NCBI GenBank assembly: GCA_025594325.1
Contig: JANHCV010000010.1
Location: 1,302,001-1,366,000 of the forward strand
Origin: Blastocladiella emersonii ATCC 22665
Lineage: Eukaryota > Fungi > Blastocladiomycota
DNA: 64,000 nt
Direction: 5' to 3'
Shown: positions 1-11,530 of the stretch, piece after piece
How positions within the stretch are numbered: position 1 is the first letter of the stretch
Layout: each line of letters opens with the position of its first letter
Program-made: the position numbers and the translations under genes
Notes under the pieces: model-generated
The model's input: only the letters and a program-made list of their open reading frames with translations
Told to the model about the DNA's origin: nothing
The model's database searches: none

Positions 1-837
1 ACCGAGGGCGTGCGCGGCCTCTACTCGGGCCTCGGCCCGCAGCTCATCGGCGTCGCCCCCGAGAAGGCCATCAAGCTGACCGTCAACGACCTCGTTCGGT
101 CCATCCTGACCCCGGACCACGGCACGATCCCGCTGTGGGCCGAGATCCTCGCCGGGTGCTGCGCCGGTGGCTCGCAGGTCATCTTCACCAACCCGCTCGA
201 GATCGTCAAGATCCGCCTGCAGGTCCAGGGCGAGGCCGGTGCGGGTGCGCCCCGCCAGGGCGCCGTGTCCATCATCCGGTCGCTCGGCCTCCGCGGCCTG
301 TACCGCGGCGCCGGCGCGTGCCTGCTGCGCGACATCCCCTTCTCGGGCATCTACTTCTCGGCCTACGCGCACCTCAAGAAGGACTTTTTCGAGGAGTCGC
401 CCAGCAAGCCGCTGACGCTGCCCGAGCTGCTCATGGCCGGCGCCATCGCCGGCATGCCTGCGGCGTACCTGACGACGCCCGCCGACGTGATCAAGACGCG
501 CCTGCAGGTCGAGGCCAAGAAGGGCCAGACGACGTACAACGGGCTCACGGACGCGGCCGTCAAGATCTTCCGCGAGGAGGGGTTCAAGGCCTTCTTCAAG
601 GGCGGGCCCGCGCGCATCTTCCGGTCGTCGCCGCAGTTCGGCGTCACGCTCATGACGTACGAGCTCCTGCAGAAGTCGGTGCCCTTCCCGTGGTCGACCG
701 AGCCCATCCCGGCGTCGCAGGAGACCAAGGCCGCGCTCACGGGCAAGGTGCCCGACGAGGCCGCCATGGGCCGCGCCCGGTTGGCCGCCCTCATGCTGCA
801 CGACATCCACACCAAGCTCGGTCTGCGCTCCAACTGA
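1..837 (+). CDS. AGC1: Mitochondrial aspartate/glutamate carrier (citrin/aralar type), 5'-partial
   Basis: Open from base 1 to TGA 835-837. Carrier signatures [10 protein letters not shown] and [10 protein letters not shown]; AGC-typical segments [34 protein letters not shown]. Confidence 0.9.
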   Translation, partial: TEGVRGLYSGLGPQLIGVAPEKAIKLTVNDLVRSILTPDHGTIPLWAEILAGCCAGGSQVIFTNPLEIVKIRLQVQGEAGAGAPRQGAVSIIRSLGLRGLYRGAGACLLRDIPFSGIYFSAYAHLKKDFFEESPSKPLTLPELLMAGAIAGMPAAYLTTPADVIKTRLQVEAKKGQTTYNGLTDAAVKIFREEGFKAFFKGGPARIFRSSPQFGVTLMTYELLQKSVPFPWSTEPIPASQETKAALTGKVPDEAAMGRARLAALMLHDIHTKLGLRSN

Positions 838-1226
838 GCTTCGTGTCGTGTCTCCCTCTCGTAGCTATACCTCGCCCCCCTGTACAAACCGCTAATAACT
901 CTCTATTCTCCACTCCAATGCGAACGAACTCCCGAACGACGAAATACAACGAAACATGCAACATCGATCACCTCTCTGCCGCGAATCATCAGATACGTGA
1001 GGACTGCGTGGGCCCCGGAAGAACTGCAGCAGTCGCGGCGTCACGCGTCGCCGGTCGCGCTGCGCCGTACACGCGCCGCGCCGTGCTTGTTCGCCTCCGC
1101 CGCCCCGTTGCGTTATCGCGCCCCATCATGGCGTTGTGGCGCCCTCGCCCGCGTACAAAAGGCTCCCATTGTCGTCCTCCACGCGCGCTCTCTCTCCCGC
1201 AAGACGCTTCCCTCGCACTCATTGCA

Positions 1227-2546
1227 ATGACGACCGCCGAGACCCTCCCCGCGCAGGCCGCCGTGCCCAACGGCAACGCCGGGCCCAACATCAACCGCGG
1301 CTACACCGGTAGGCGAGATGGATGCAGATGCAGATGCAGTGCGATGGATGCTGACAGCGCCGAGTGTAGACGACGACGACCCGAACCTCCTGCACCGGCA
1401 GCTCCTCGTCGCCGTGGCCGCCGAGCACCACAAGATCCACGGCGCGTCGGTCCTGACGTACGTTTCCTGGGTTCACGCCCAACGTCGCGCACTCTCACGC
1501 CCGCTCCCCCCGCTACACGTAGCGCGCTGCAGCAGGCCAAGCTGCCGCTCGTCCACTTCGTCATGTACCTGGCGACGCTGGCGCACATCTACGCGCCGCT
1601 CGAGCAGGCCCTGGCCAAGGCCGCCGCCGACCACCCGGACGTGCTGGGCCAGATCCACTTCCCGCGCGAGCTCAACCGGCTGCCGGCGCTGCGCACGGAC
1701 CTCGCGTACTTTGTCGGCGACGCCAACGTCGACGCGTGGATCGCCCTCGTCGCCACGCCCGCGACGGCCGAGTGGCGCGACCGCATGCTGTCGCTCGCTG
1801 GTGCTGCTGAGGTGAAGGACGGCGACCAGTGCGCGGCACACGCGGCCGAGGAGCACCACGGCGCGCACCGGCTCATGGCGCACTCGTACACGCGGTACCT
1901 CGGCGACCTGTCGGGCGGCCAGATCCTGCAGTCGCGCATCGCCAAGCTGTACCAGCTGCCCAAGGTCGACACCACGGACGGGTCGGACGTGTACCACGGG
2001 GTCCGGTTCTACGAGTTCCGCAACGTCGCCGACCCGAAGTACTTCAAGACCATGTACCGCCAGACGCTCAACCGCATGGGCGACGAGCTCGGCGACGCGT
2101 GCCGCAAGGAGGTGTGCGACGAGGCAAAGTACTCGTTCGACCTCAACTACCGCATGCTCGAGCAGCTTGCGGATCTCGCCAAGGCGCTCGACGCGGTGCC
2201 GAGTCCTCGTACGTTTACGCCCGCGGGGTCTGTTCGCCTGTTCGTGCCCGCTGACGTTTCAACCGACGGTGTAGTGATCGCCGACGGCGTCCCCGAGGAG
2301 ATCAAGCAGGTCGGCTTCCCCGCCCCCACCCCCACGCCCGCCGTCGCCGCCGCTGCAGCCGAGCCCACTGCCGCTGCCACCACCGTCCCCGAGCGCACCC
2401 TCCCGCTCGGCCACCCGTCCGTCTCGGACCCGCACGCCAAGTGCCCGCTCCGCGCCCTGCCCATGGTCGACCCCAACGTGTCCGCGTCGCTCATGGCCCT
2501 CGGATTCGGGTTCCTCGGGTTCGCGCTCGGCAAGGCGCTCAAGTAA
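1227..2546 (+). CDS. HMOX: Heme oxygenase with C-terminal membrane anchor; exons 1227-1308, 1370-1457, 1523-2546
   Basis: Signature AHSYTRYLGDLSGGQIL; candidate proximal His in EHHKIH; two GT-AG introns restore the frame; hydrophobic tail ASLMALGFGFLGFALGKALK. Confidence 0.92.
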   Translation: MTTAETLPAQAAVPNGNAGPNINRGYTGRRDGCRCRCSAMDADSAECRRRRPEPPAPAAPRRRGRRAPQDPRRVGPDVRFLGSRPTSRTLTPAPPATRSALQQAKLPLVHFVMYLATLAHIYAPLEQALAKAAADHPDVLGQIHFPRELNRLPALRTDLAYFVGDANVDAWIALVATPATAEWRDRMLSLAGAAEVKDGDQCAAHAAEEHHGAHRLMAHSYTRYLGDLSGGQILQSRIAKLYQLPKVDTTDGSDVYHGVRFYEFRNVADPKYFKTMYRQTLNRMGDELGDACRKEVCDEAKYSFDLNYRMLEQLADLAKALDAVPSPRTFTPAGSVRLFVPADVSTDGVVIADGVPEEIKQVGFPAPTPTPAVAAAAAEPTAAATTVPERTLPLGHPSVSDPHAKCPLRALPMVDPNVSASLMALGFGFLGFALGKALK

Positions 2547-3558
2547 GATGGACTGGGTTGATGGGAGTTGGATGTGTATAAACTTGCGTATTGCTTACCT
2601 TCACACTCTCGCGCACCCATGTTCAGGCTTCGGCTGCAGACTTCGTCGCGGCCGCGGCGGCTTGAGCCCGTCGAACTGCGCGTCGGCTCCAAGGACTTGA
2701 ACGTACGCTTATGCATCGTATTTACACGCTTGCCCCATGCTCCCCTTCGAGCCGTCGTGCCGCAGACGTGACCGCTGTGCCGCGTGACGACGAACGGCGT
2801 ACGCGGCAAAACGGGCACAGCAGGACGAGGTGGGCAGCAGCACCGCCGCGAAACCTTCCGGCTGCGGCGATGCGCCCGTCTTTGAACACCGCGATGCGCG
2901 CGTACCGGGTTGACGGATCACAAAAAGACAAGTCGCAGCGGATGCGAGCGCGGCCGCGACAGCGACGGCGGTTGCTGAACCGGGGCTGCATGAGTTAATT
3001 TTGGATGAATTGATGGTTTTGTCGATACGTTCCGCCCGGCAAGCAACTCGAGCGAAACGTTCGAGACGCGTTGAAGTATCAGGTGACCCACGTGACCGCC
3101 ATCACGCGCCGTGTCTCGCAGCGTGTCTCGCGTCTTTCGCGCGTGCAGCCATTGGCCTTCAAACCGCGATATAGCGCATGGGACGCGTCGTGTGTGAGTC
3201 AGCTGAGGAAGTCACTAAGCTTGCTGCGACCTGCGTCATAGTCGCTATCGCCCAGTGGCGAAAACATCAGTGTGGTGAGCTGCTAGCTGCGTGGGCTTTT
3301 GGCCAATTATGACCGAATCACCGGTCGCTAATAACCCTTCCTTCAGATTGCCGCATGGCCCGTGTAATGTAGCGTTGCGGGTATGCTGCGCGACGCGCGG
3401 GGGCTCAACGTCCTCGCGCGCTTCGCCACTCACGTGTGATGACCACCGCGTCCAAACGACTTGTACTCTTCACACCGACCACTGCATGTACAAAAAAGAC
3501 GTTCCATTAATGCCACGTAAACGAAACCGACTATTTCCGGCCAGCCAAATAAGTCGCG

Positions 3559-4557
3559 CTAGTTGCTCTCAGGCGAGTCACCCACCGCGCCGCTCGCGTC
3601 GCCGCTGGCAGAGCTGATCGACGCGATCTGCGTGTCGAGCAGCTTCACGACGCGGTCGCGAGCAGCCGAGGCGAGAAGCGGGAGCTCGAGCATGCCGGCA
3701 AAGTCGATGAGATTGATCCACGTGAACGCGTCGACCATTGCCAGGTCGTCAAGGCCGAGCGGATCGATCAACCTGGCGAGACCGTGGGGGAGCTCGTCCT
3801 TGGGAGTCCAGCCGCAGTACAGATGGACGAGGGCAATCGCGAACGCAACCGGGCGCCATGCTGGAAGTGCAATCGGCTCCTTGGCCTCGTGCCAGTTCGC
3901 TGAAAGAAGCGTGTCGAAGAAGGGCGAGGCTGAGCAGAGGACGGCGTGCGAAGCGCAGATCTTGGTACCGTCGTCGCCCACCGTAAAGACGACATCGCAG
4001 AAATGAGGATCGTTGAGGGTGCGAGCCAGACGGGATGTGACCAAGGGTCCGGTGGCAGGCGGCGTGGACCAGGGCTCAATCGAGACCGTGATTGAATCGA
4101 GGTCCTCCGCGATGTCGTCCCAAAACTTGAAATAGCAAAATGGTAAAGCCCGAGTGCACTCGCCCGCGTTCGCCGCCGCGATTCCAGAGTTCTTCATGAA
4201 CTTGCCGGAACTAGAAGTGCGCGTAATAGAATAGTGAAGGGACACTGGAGCTGGATCTTTGCCGCGCGGGACGAGAGTGAGCCCCGCGTCCCAGCGAGAG
4301 GTACCGTCGATCCGGCGAGAGACGAAAAGCATAAGGCTTTCTGCTCCGAGGTGGACAGGCAGAGGGGGTTCAGGGGTCTGGAAAATAGCGCCCTTGTGGG
4401 TGTCAATCTCCTTGCGAATTGCTCGAAATGTGAAGGTAACCGGCGGCCCGTCGTGGCGGGTCGCTGCCAGAAACGCTACCTAAGTTCACTTACGTTGTGT
4501 GAGTCTCATCGATACTTTGCATCAAGTAAAAGAAGCCATATTTACCGGGCAAGCCAT
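3559..4557 (-). CDS. BTB/POZ protein, family copy 1 (intact); exons 4557-4546, 4479-3559
   Basis: BTB core LNDPHFCDVVFTVG...ASHAVLCSASPFFDTLLSANW...AFAIALVHLYCGW. Micro-exon ATGGCTTGCCCG, then a 66-nt GTAAAT...TTAG intron, in frame with VAFLAAT.... Confidence 0.85.
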
Positions 4558-4699
4558 GTTAGGAAGTACGACTGAACTATGAAGGAGACAAGCAGGCTGA
4601 CGAGAGGTCGAGCGAAAGTTGACCACTTGCTCGACCATCTGGGAGCTGCATACCGGTACGCTCGCTGCATATGCTCTTGAGTGCCACGCGGCGCAACGG

Positions 4700-6450
4700 C
4701 TAGCGCACTTGACGAATGCACGACAGATGAAGCCGCCGAGGTTCACGTGCAACGGGAAGGACTGAGCAGTTGCGTGCGGTGAAGCCTTCACGCAGGGTCA
4801 GGGTAACTCTCGCGCTCGTGGTCACGGTGGCTCCCATCAGAGTCGCGATCACCCGCCGGCGCTCAGCGCTCGAACTGGTCATGCCTATTGCGGTCCGCCG
4901 CGATGAAGAATGCTGTAGGTAGAAGGAAAGTCACCGCCAACCATAATCGTGCCTTGGGCTGTGAACGGGAAAGAGAGAGATGGTGAGCTGGGCGCGGCGC
5001 AGCGCGGACAGAGCCAAGTGGCGAAGCAGGTCCAGCGCGTCGCCGCGACCATGAACACCCACCCACCATCGACGGGCTCGGCGCGGGCCACCTCGAAGCG
5101 CGATGGTGAGAACTGAGAAGTCGACGGGCGCGAGTGCGACGTCAGCGGCCGCGGTCAAGGCGAGCAGCGAGTCGTGCAGCGCGCCGTGCAGGCGGCGGAG
5201 GGAGCGTCGCGGGTTCGAATTGAGGTCGCAGCTGCGGGAGCGCACCGTGAAGGGCGTGTATAGATCCGCCCAGACGGCGACCGCGAACCCCAGGGGTAGA
5301 TGCACAGCAGGCGGCGAACACGTCAGCCTCCTCGTTGCCCGAGTTACCAGCGTGACCGTGGATCCACTAGAAGGTGACCTGCATCTCGCGGGCCAAGGTG
5401 ATTCAGCGAAGCACAGCCCACTTGAGCGAGCACGTTGCGCAGACTCGCACTCTCGGAGAAGGCGAGAGTATCCCGACGGCCGAGTCGATGACGCCCTTGT
5501 CGTTGAGGGTGAAGGTGAGCTTGGCGAAGCGGCGGACGGACGCGGCAGCGGCGAGGCCGCCCAGCAGCTGAGAGCGGAAGCTCGAGTGGTTCACGTCAGG
5601 GACGCGAACAGCGCCGTGGCCGCGGAGACGGGCCGGGCGAGTGACAACCTGCGCGAAGTGCCGTCCGACCGCGTCAAGTTAGGCGGCAGGGAGTTGGCAG
5701 CTTTCGCGACGGCGGGCACCGCGGCTGAGATCCCCGTGCGCTTCGAAGCGCCCGTACAGAGCGAACGCATCGAGTTTTGCGTCAGCAGCTCGATCAGGCA
5801 AGCGAGGGCGCTCCTGCGCTGCCTGACGTGAACAAACTGCCGCAGACACGGCGGAACCAGGTGTCGGCGGCCGTCCTGAGTTCGAGATGGCGGGCGTCCT
5901 CGTGGAAAGCTGGAACGCCGCTGTTCGAGAAGTCGGCCCAAGAAGCCAAAGAGGGGAAGCGTCCACGAGCGTCGCGGTCCATCGTAGCGGCGAGCGAAGC
6001 TCCGAACAGCCCAGGCAGAAGCGCGCGGCTCACCGTTCGCGGGCGAGAGAGGAAGCTTCACGGTCGCGGTGTTCCGAGGGAGCCGGAGCCCGCGACCCGC
6101 AGCCGAGCGTGCCAGAACCCTTGATAACCTTCGAGGGTCAAGCGAAACGTTGTGCAGCAGGTCCGCATGAGTACGTGTGCTTCGTCGTCGAGTATGGGTT
6201 CGCGTCTCACACTGTCTCGCAGGCCCCACGTGATTGTTCGACGCGACCCGCAATCGGGCCGCGAGGCGAGGCCCAGGCGGACCCAGTCCACGGGCGCGGT
6301 GCACAATCGCCCTGCCCTGCCAAGGCTCATATCCCAGGCTAGTGGGATACGGCAGGGCGAGGTAAATGCGATCGTAATACAGGGAGGGAGCGACGCAGGC
6401 GCGGTGCGGGTGAAGACGCGGCCGCGGTCAAGCCCGCCAAGAAGCGACTT
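4700..6450 (-). mobile_element. Degenerate non-LTR retrotransposon relic carrying an RNase H domain (boundaries approximate)
   Basis: Minus strand reads ...TRSDGT... (about 5660), then after a frameshift HSSFRSQLLGGLAAAASV...LTFTLNDKGVID...LR*ITLAREMQVTF*WIHGHAGNSGNEEADVFA. The last motif (5322-5366) is the RNase H C-terminal W..GH.G..GNE.AD signature. Stops at 5403-5405 and 5367-5369. Confidence 0.75.
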
Positions 6451-7375
6451 GCGACGCGCGTCCTCACCCTCGCGACCTCGCGAATACTCGGAGACGCGCG
6501 CAGAGTAAAGGGAGACGCTAGCGAAAATCATGAGCGAGTGTGGTGGTGGTGAATAAATTATCGGTGGGGAGTGAAAGATATTTGGTGGTGGGGTGATAAG
6601 GTTTTTTTACGGGCGGGGTGCATTTTGGATCCGGCTGGTCGCGAGTCGCGTGCCGCGCGCGGCTTGCCCGTCCCGTGCCCGAGCATCCATCCACCACCAA
6701 CGGTCGGTCCGGCCGCCCGTCGAGTCCTGCCGTGCCGACCTGGCGTGCGTGCGTGCGGGCAAGAGGGAGACGCCGATAAAAGGACGGCGCACCCCGCGGC
6801 CCTCCCTCCCTGCCGTCCCTCAGCAGCTGCTCCTGCCTCTGCCCGCCCGCCAAACACCGCCACCCGCCCGCACGCACGCCGCCCGCAACGCGTCGCTGCT
6901 TCTCTCCTCTCCCCGACCCACAGTAGCCCGCCCCCACACCCCGCACCGAGGGTACGAGCTACTGCATTTTGCTCCCACGACCCTCCTCGACACGCTGCTG
7001 CGCACGGCGGCGCGCCGCTCGCACCTCGACCGGACCGCGACCGCGTAATCACGGTGAACATCATCAACAACGGCCGTGCTGCGCGCACCGCTCGCGCCGC
7101 CGCTGCTCCCGCTCGATCCTCGCTCGCTCGGCTGGCTCGGCCGGTCCCCCGGCGCTGCTGCTGCTCCGGCAGACACATCCGCGCCGGATCCGGTCTGTCC
7201 GCCGGCCGTGCATAAACAGAGCGACTCGTTTCACCCTCTCTCCCTGCCCGCGCGCAAGCCTCGGCGACCACGCCCTTGCCATACCCTCCAAGCCGTATGG
7301 TGCCATGCGCTAACGTTGCTGCCCCCGATTGTGCTCAGGCTGCCCCCGACCGACCCTCTCCCCCTCCTTCCCGCT

Positions 7376-10300
7376 ATGGCCAAAGACAAACAGAAAAAGG
7401 CCACGAGCCTCGCGCTCGACGAGCACCGGCTGACGCTCGACGAGGTGTGCGCCCGCTACAAGACGGGCGCCGACGCGGTGCACCCGGCCCAGTCGACGGG
7501 CCTGACGCCCGACGAGGCCGCGCGCCGTCTGGCCGCCGACGGGCCCAACCTCATGGCCCCGCCCAAGACCAAGCACCCGCTGCTCCGCTACCTCGAGTGC
7601 CTCCTCGCCCTCTTCAACTTCCTCCTGCTCGTCGCCGCCGCCTTCACGTACCTGCTCTACGGCCTCGACCCCGTCAGCAACTACGCCAACATCTACACGG
7701 GCTCGATCCTCGTCGCCGTCGCCTTCCTCAACGCCTTCATCGAGTACTACCAGGTCGCCAAGTCCGAGGCCGCCCTGCGCGCCTTCCTCGACATGATCCC
7801 CGCCAAGGCCACGGCCGTGCGCGGCGGCCAGCTCGTCGTCGTCCCCGCCTCGGACCTCGTCAAGGGCGACGTCGTGTTCGTCCGCATGGGCGACAAGATG
7901 CCCGCCGACGTGTTCCTGTTCAAGACGGCCGACATGAAGGTCGACAACGCGTCGCTCACGGGCGAGTCGGAGCCGCAGGACCGCTCCCCCGTCAACACGC
8001 ACGAGGCCGCCCTCGAGGCGACCAACCTCGCCTTCAACTCGACGCTCGTCGTGGCCGGCGAGGGCTACGGTATCGTGGTCCGCACCGGCGACGACACGGT
8101 CATTGGCCAGATCGCCAACATGACCCAGACCGAGACCAAGCGCATGTCGCCGCTCACCGAGGAGATCGAGGGCTTCGTCAAGTTCATCGGCTCGCTCGCC
8201 GTGCTCTGCGCCATCATCTTCATCATCGCCCAGCTCAAGACCAACGACATTGGCATCTCGTTCAACTTTGCCGTCGGCGTGCTCGTCGCCTGGGTCCCCG
8301 AGGGTCTCCCCGGCACCGTCACCATGCTGCTCACCATCGCCGCCAAGCGCATGGCCGGCCAGCAGGTGCTCGTCAAGGACCTGACCGGTGTCGAGACGCT
8401 CGGCGCCATCACGCTGCTCGCCACGGACAAGACCGGCACGCTCACGCGCAACCAGATGACCGTGTCGAACGTGTGGACCCACTTCAAGACGTTTGCGCTC
8501 GTCGCGGACGTGCGGTCGCTGCAGGACGGCGAGGTCGCCTTCGACTCGTCGGTCAAGGGCGTGCAGGACGTGATGAACATTTCGGCGCTGTGCTCGCGCG
8601 CGCGCTTCGACAAGACCAACGTGCCCATGGACCAGCGCGAGATCATCGGTGATGCGACCGAGACCGGTCTCTACCGCCTCGCCACGCAGAAGATCCGCGA
8701 TTTCGACCAGCTCGCCGACAAGTACCCCAAGGTGCTCGAGATCCCCTTCAACTCGGACACCAAGTGGCACATGTCCATCCACAAGATGGCCCACGCCAAC
8801 GGCTCCTTCACCACGTTCATCAAGGGCGCGCCCGAGCGCGTGCTGCGCATCTGCTCGACGATCCTCGACGACAACGGCGACACGATCCCGCTCACGGACG
8901 AGCACAAGATCCAGTTCAACACGGCCTACGAGTACATGGCGTCCAAGGGCCACCGCGTGCTCGCCTTCGCCAAGTTCGAGCTGCCCGGCACCGAGTACCC
9001 CGAGTCGCACGTCTTCGACAAGGAGCTCAAGAACTTCCCCATGGCCGGTCTCACCTTCGTCGGCCTCGCGTCGCTCGAGGACCCGCCCAAGCACGGCGTG
9101 CGCGAGGCCGTCGGCAACTGCCGCCGCGCCGGCATCAAGGTCGTCATGGTCACGGGCGACCACCCGCTCACGGCCGAGGCCATTGGCCGCAAGATCAACC
9201 TCATGATTTCGGACACCAAGGAGAAGGTCGCCAAGAAGGCCGGAATCCCCGTCGCCGACGTGCGCGAGGAGGACGTCAAGGCCATCGTGATCCACGGCGA
9301 GAAGATCGACTCGCTCACCGAGGAGGACTGGGACATCATCTTCTCCAAGGACGAGATCATCTTCGCCCGCACCTCGCCCAAGCACAAGCTCCAGATCGTC
9401 AAGCGCGCCCAGGCCATGGGCCACATTGTCGGTGTCACCGGCGACGGCGTGTACGTGTTCTTCTTGCTCTCGCTCGCTGCTCGGCCGTCCCTCGGACTCG
9501 AACTCGAACTCGAACTCGATCACTCACACCACCCCTCCCTCGCTCGCTCGTAGTAACGACTCGCCCGCGCTCAAGAAGGCCGACCTCGGTATCGCCATGA
9601 ACATCTCGGGCTCGGACGTGTCCAAGGAGGCCGCGGCCATGATCCTGCTCGACGACAACTTCGCGTCCATCATCAACGGTATCCGCGAGGGCCGCCTCAT
9701 CTTCTTCAACCTCAAGAAGTCGCTCCGCTACGTGGTCACGCACTCGATCCCCGAGGTCCTGCCGCAGCTCCTGTACGTCGTGGTCCCGCTCCCCGTCGGC
9801 CTCAACGCGCTGCAGATCATCGCCATCGATCTCGGCTTCGAGCTGTTTGCCGCGCTGTCGTACGCGTACGAGCCGCCCGAGTCGGACACGCTCATGAAGC
9901 TCCAGCCCCGCCGCCCCGTCGACACCGAGTCGATCGAGCACCTGCGCGCGCGCCGCGAGTTCGACAACCGGTTCAAGTCGCTGCCCGCCAACGCCGACGA
10001 GGTGGACGAGAACGACTTCCTGCGCCAGCTCACGTTCGGCGAGCGCATCAAGCGCATGTTCTCGGGCGAGTACTGGTCCAAGTGGGCGTTCGCGACGGCC
10101 GACGGCGAGATGCTCGTCGACTGGAACACGCTGTCGTGGTCGTACCTCGAGGCCGGCATCATCCAGTACCTCGGCGCGCAGCTCGCCTTCTTCGTCGTCT
10201 TCTACATGTACAAGGACAAGGACGGCAAGTCGCTCTACATCACTCCCACGGACCTGTACACGTGCGCGTCCAACGAGGGCTGGACCGGCAAGAAGGACTG

Positions 10301-10718
10301 CACGCTCGGGTCCGGGCTCCCGCTCTCGATCGACGACCAGAAGGAGTCGCTTGCCCAGGCCCAGTCGGTCTGGTTCTTCGGCATCTTCCTCATGCAGGCG
10401 TGGAACCTGTTCGCCTGCAAGTGCCTGATGACTTCGCCCTTCACGACGCACATTTTCAAGAACAAGTCCACGCTCCTCAGTTTGCTAGGTGGTCTGATCC
10501 TCACGGTGATTATCACATACGTGCCTGGCATCAACACGGCGTTCGGCTGCTCGTACAACCTCAACCCGCTGTACCTGCTCATCCCGTTCGGCGTCGGCTT
10601 CGTCCTGTTCCTGTACGCCGGCCTCCGCCACTGGATCAAGATGCGCTTCAGCCCCATCAAGTACAACCCCGAGCCGCTCGGCCTCCAGATGCACCCCACG
10701 CGCTGGTCTGCCGCGTAA
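7376..10718 (+). CDS. P-type ATPase, P2C (Na+/K+ or H+/K+ alpha-like); exons 7376-9450, 9554-10718
   Basis: KVDNASLTGESEPQ, VPEGL, DKTGTLT, MVTGDHPLTA, FARTSP, TGDGV|NDSPALKKAD across a GTACGT...TAG intron, NLKKS, IDLG. Confidence 0.93.
9495..9520 (+). repeat. (GAACTC)n microsatellite in the ATPase intron
   Basis: gactc gaactc gaactc gaactc gat inside intron 9451-9553. Confidence 0.85.
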
Positions 10719-11079
10719 CCGGTCGTCGCCGCGTCGCTGTACCCCTCCTCTTCCTCCACTACCCCACCCTCTCGTTGCGCCGTCCCACGGGCGCAGCAGT
10801 ATCTCCCGTTTTCCCCACCGCCGCCGCACGTATGCGTGCGCGCTCTTGTTGAATATGATTAGCTTCTTCTGTACATCTCTCTCTCGTGTGTTCTTGGTCG
10901 TTGTGGATGTGTCGTGGTTGATTGAGCTCGAGTGCTCGTTCGACGGCCTTGTCGCGCTGCTGCGGACGAGCGATACGTACGTGCACTCGAAGTCGACTCG
11001 CTTTCCTCGTTTCGTTTCCTGGCCATCGACTCGAGGACGTTAACTTGAGGACGTTAACTCGGGCTCGGGCACGTTTGCG

Positions 11080-11460
11080 AGCGCCAAGTCGCGCGCGTGC
11101 GGACAGGGGATCTGGTGCGGATGAGCGACGCGTCCTTTCGCTGAGGTTGGACTCGGTTTCCTCGCACCGCTCTCGCTGGCCTTCGACTCGATGGGCTCGA
11201 GCGAACGGTGCTCGCTCAATTGTGAAGGCGCACGCGTGCGTGGACGAGCGACGCGACCTTCTGTTAAGGTTTGACGCGGTTCCCTTGTCTCGCTCGCTGG
11301 TCATCGGCGAGAGGAAGCTCGAGCGAACGGTGCGCTCTCGACCGCGAAGTCTCGCGTGTGTGAATGAGCGTCGCGTGCTCCAGTTGAACTCAACGGGCTC
11401 CCGACCGCCCGATGGTGCGTGTGCGAATGAGCGACGCGGATTCGACAAGCTGCTCCCGCG
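11080..11460. repeat. Degenerate ~120-bp tandem repeat downstream of BTB copy 2
   Basis: Recurrent anchors GAGCGACGCG/GAGCGTCGCG near 11123, 11246, 11366 and 11430, and GCTCGAGCGAACGGTG near 11195 and 11317. Confidence 0.7.
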
Positions 11461-11530
11461 CGAGTTGGCACAAAAACGAGGTTGTATTCAAAGCAATCAT
11501 GCCCACGCTTCTCGTCAACGAGCTTACGCT

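Noticed and set aside
135-2546. 803-aa carrier/heme oxygenase fusion ORF
   Set aside because: An off-frame shadow of AGC1 runs into heme oxygenase exon 3; the true start is ATG 1227 with two introns.
5103-5831. 242-aa plus-strand ORF as a gene
   Set aside because: It is the antisense of the RNase H relic and has no recognisable protein features.
7310-9523. Long antisense ORFs over the ATPase, STE20 kinase and ROCK-like kinase (also 31079-32194, 61223-63256, 61255-63147)
   Set aside because: Shadows caused by extreme C/G third-position bias; no recognisable domains.
11080-11460. CRISPR-like array
   Set aside because: Eukaryotic context; units are degenerate and there are no unique spacers between identical repeats.
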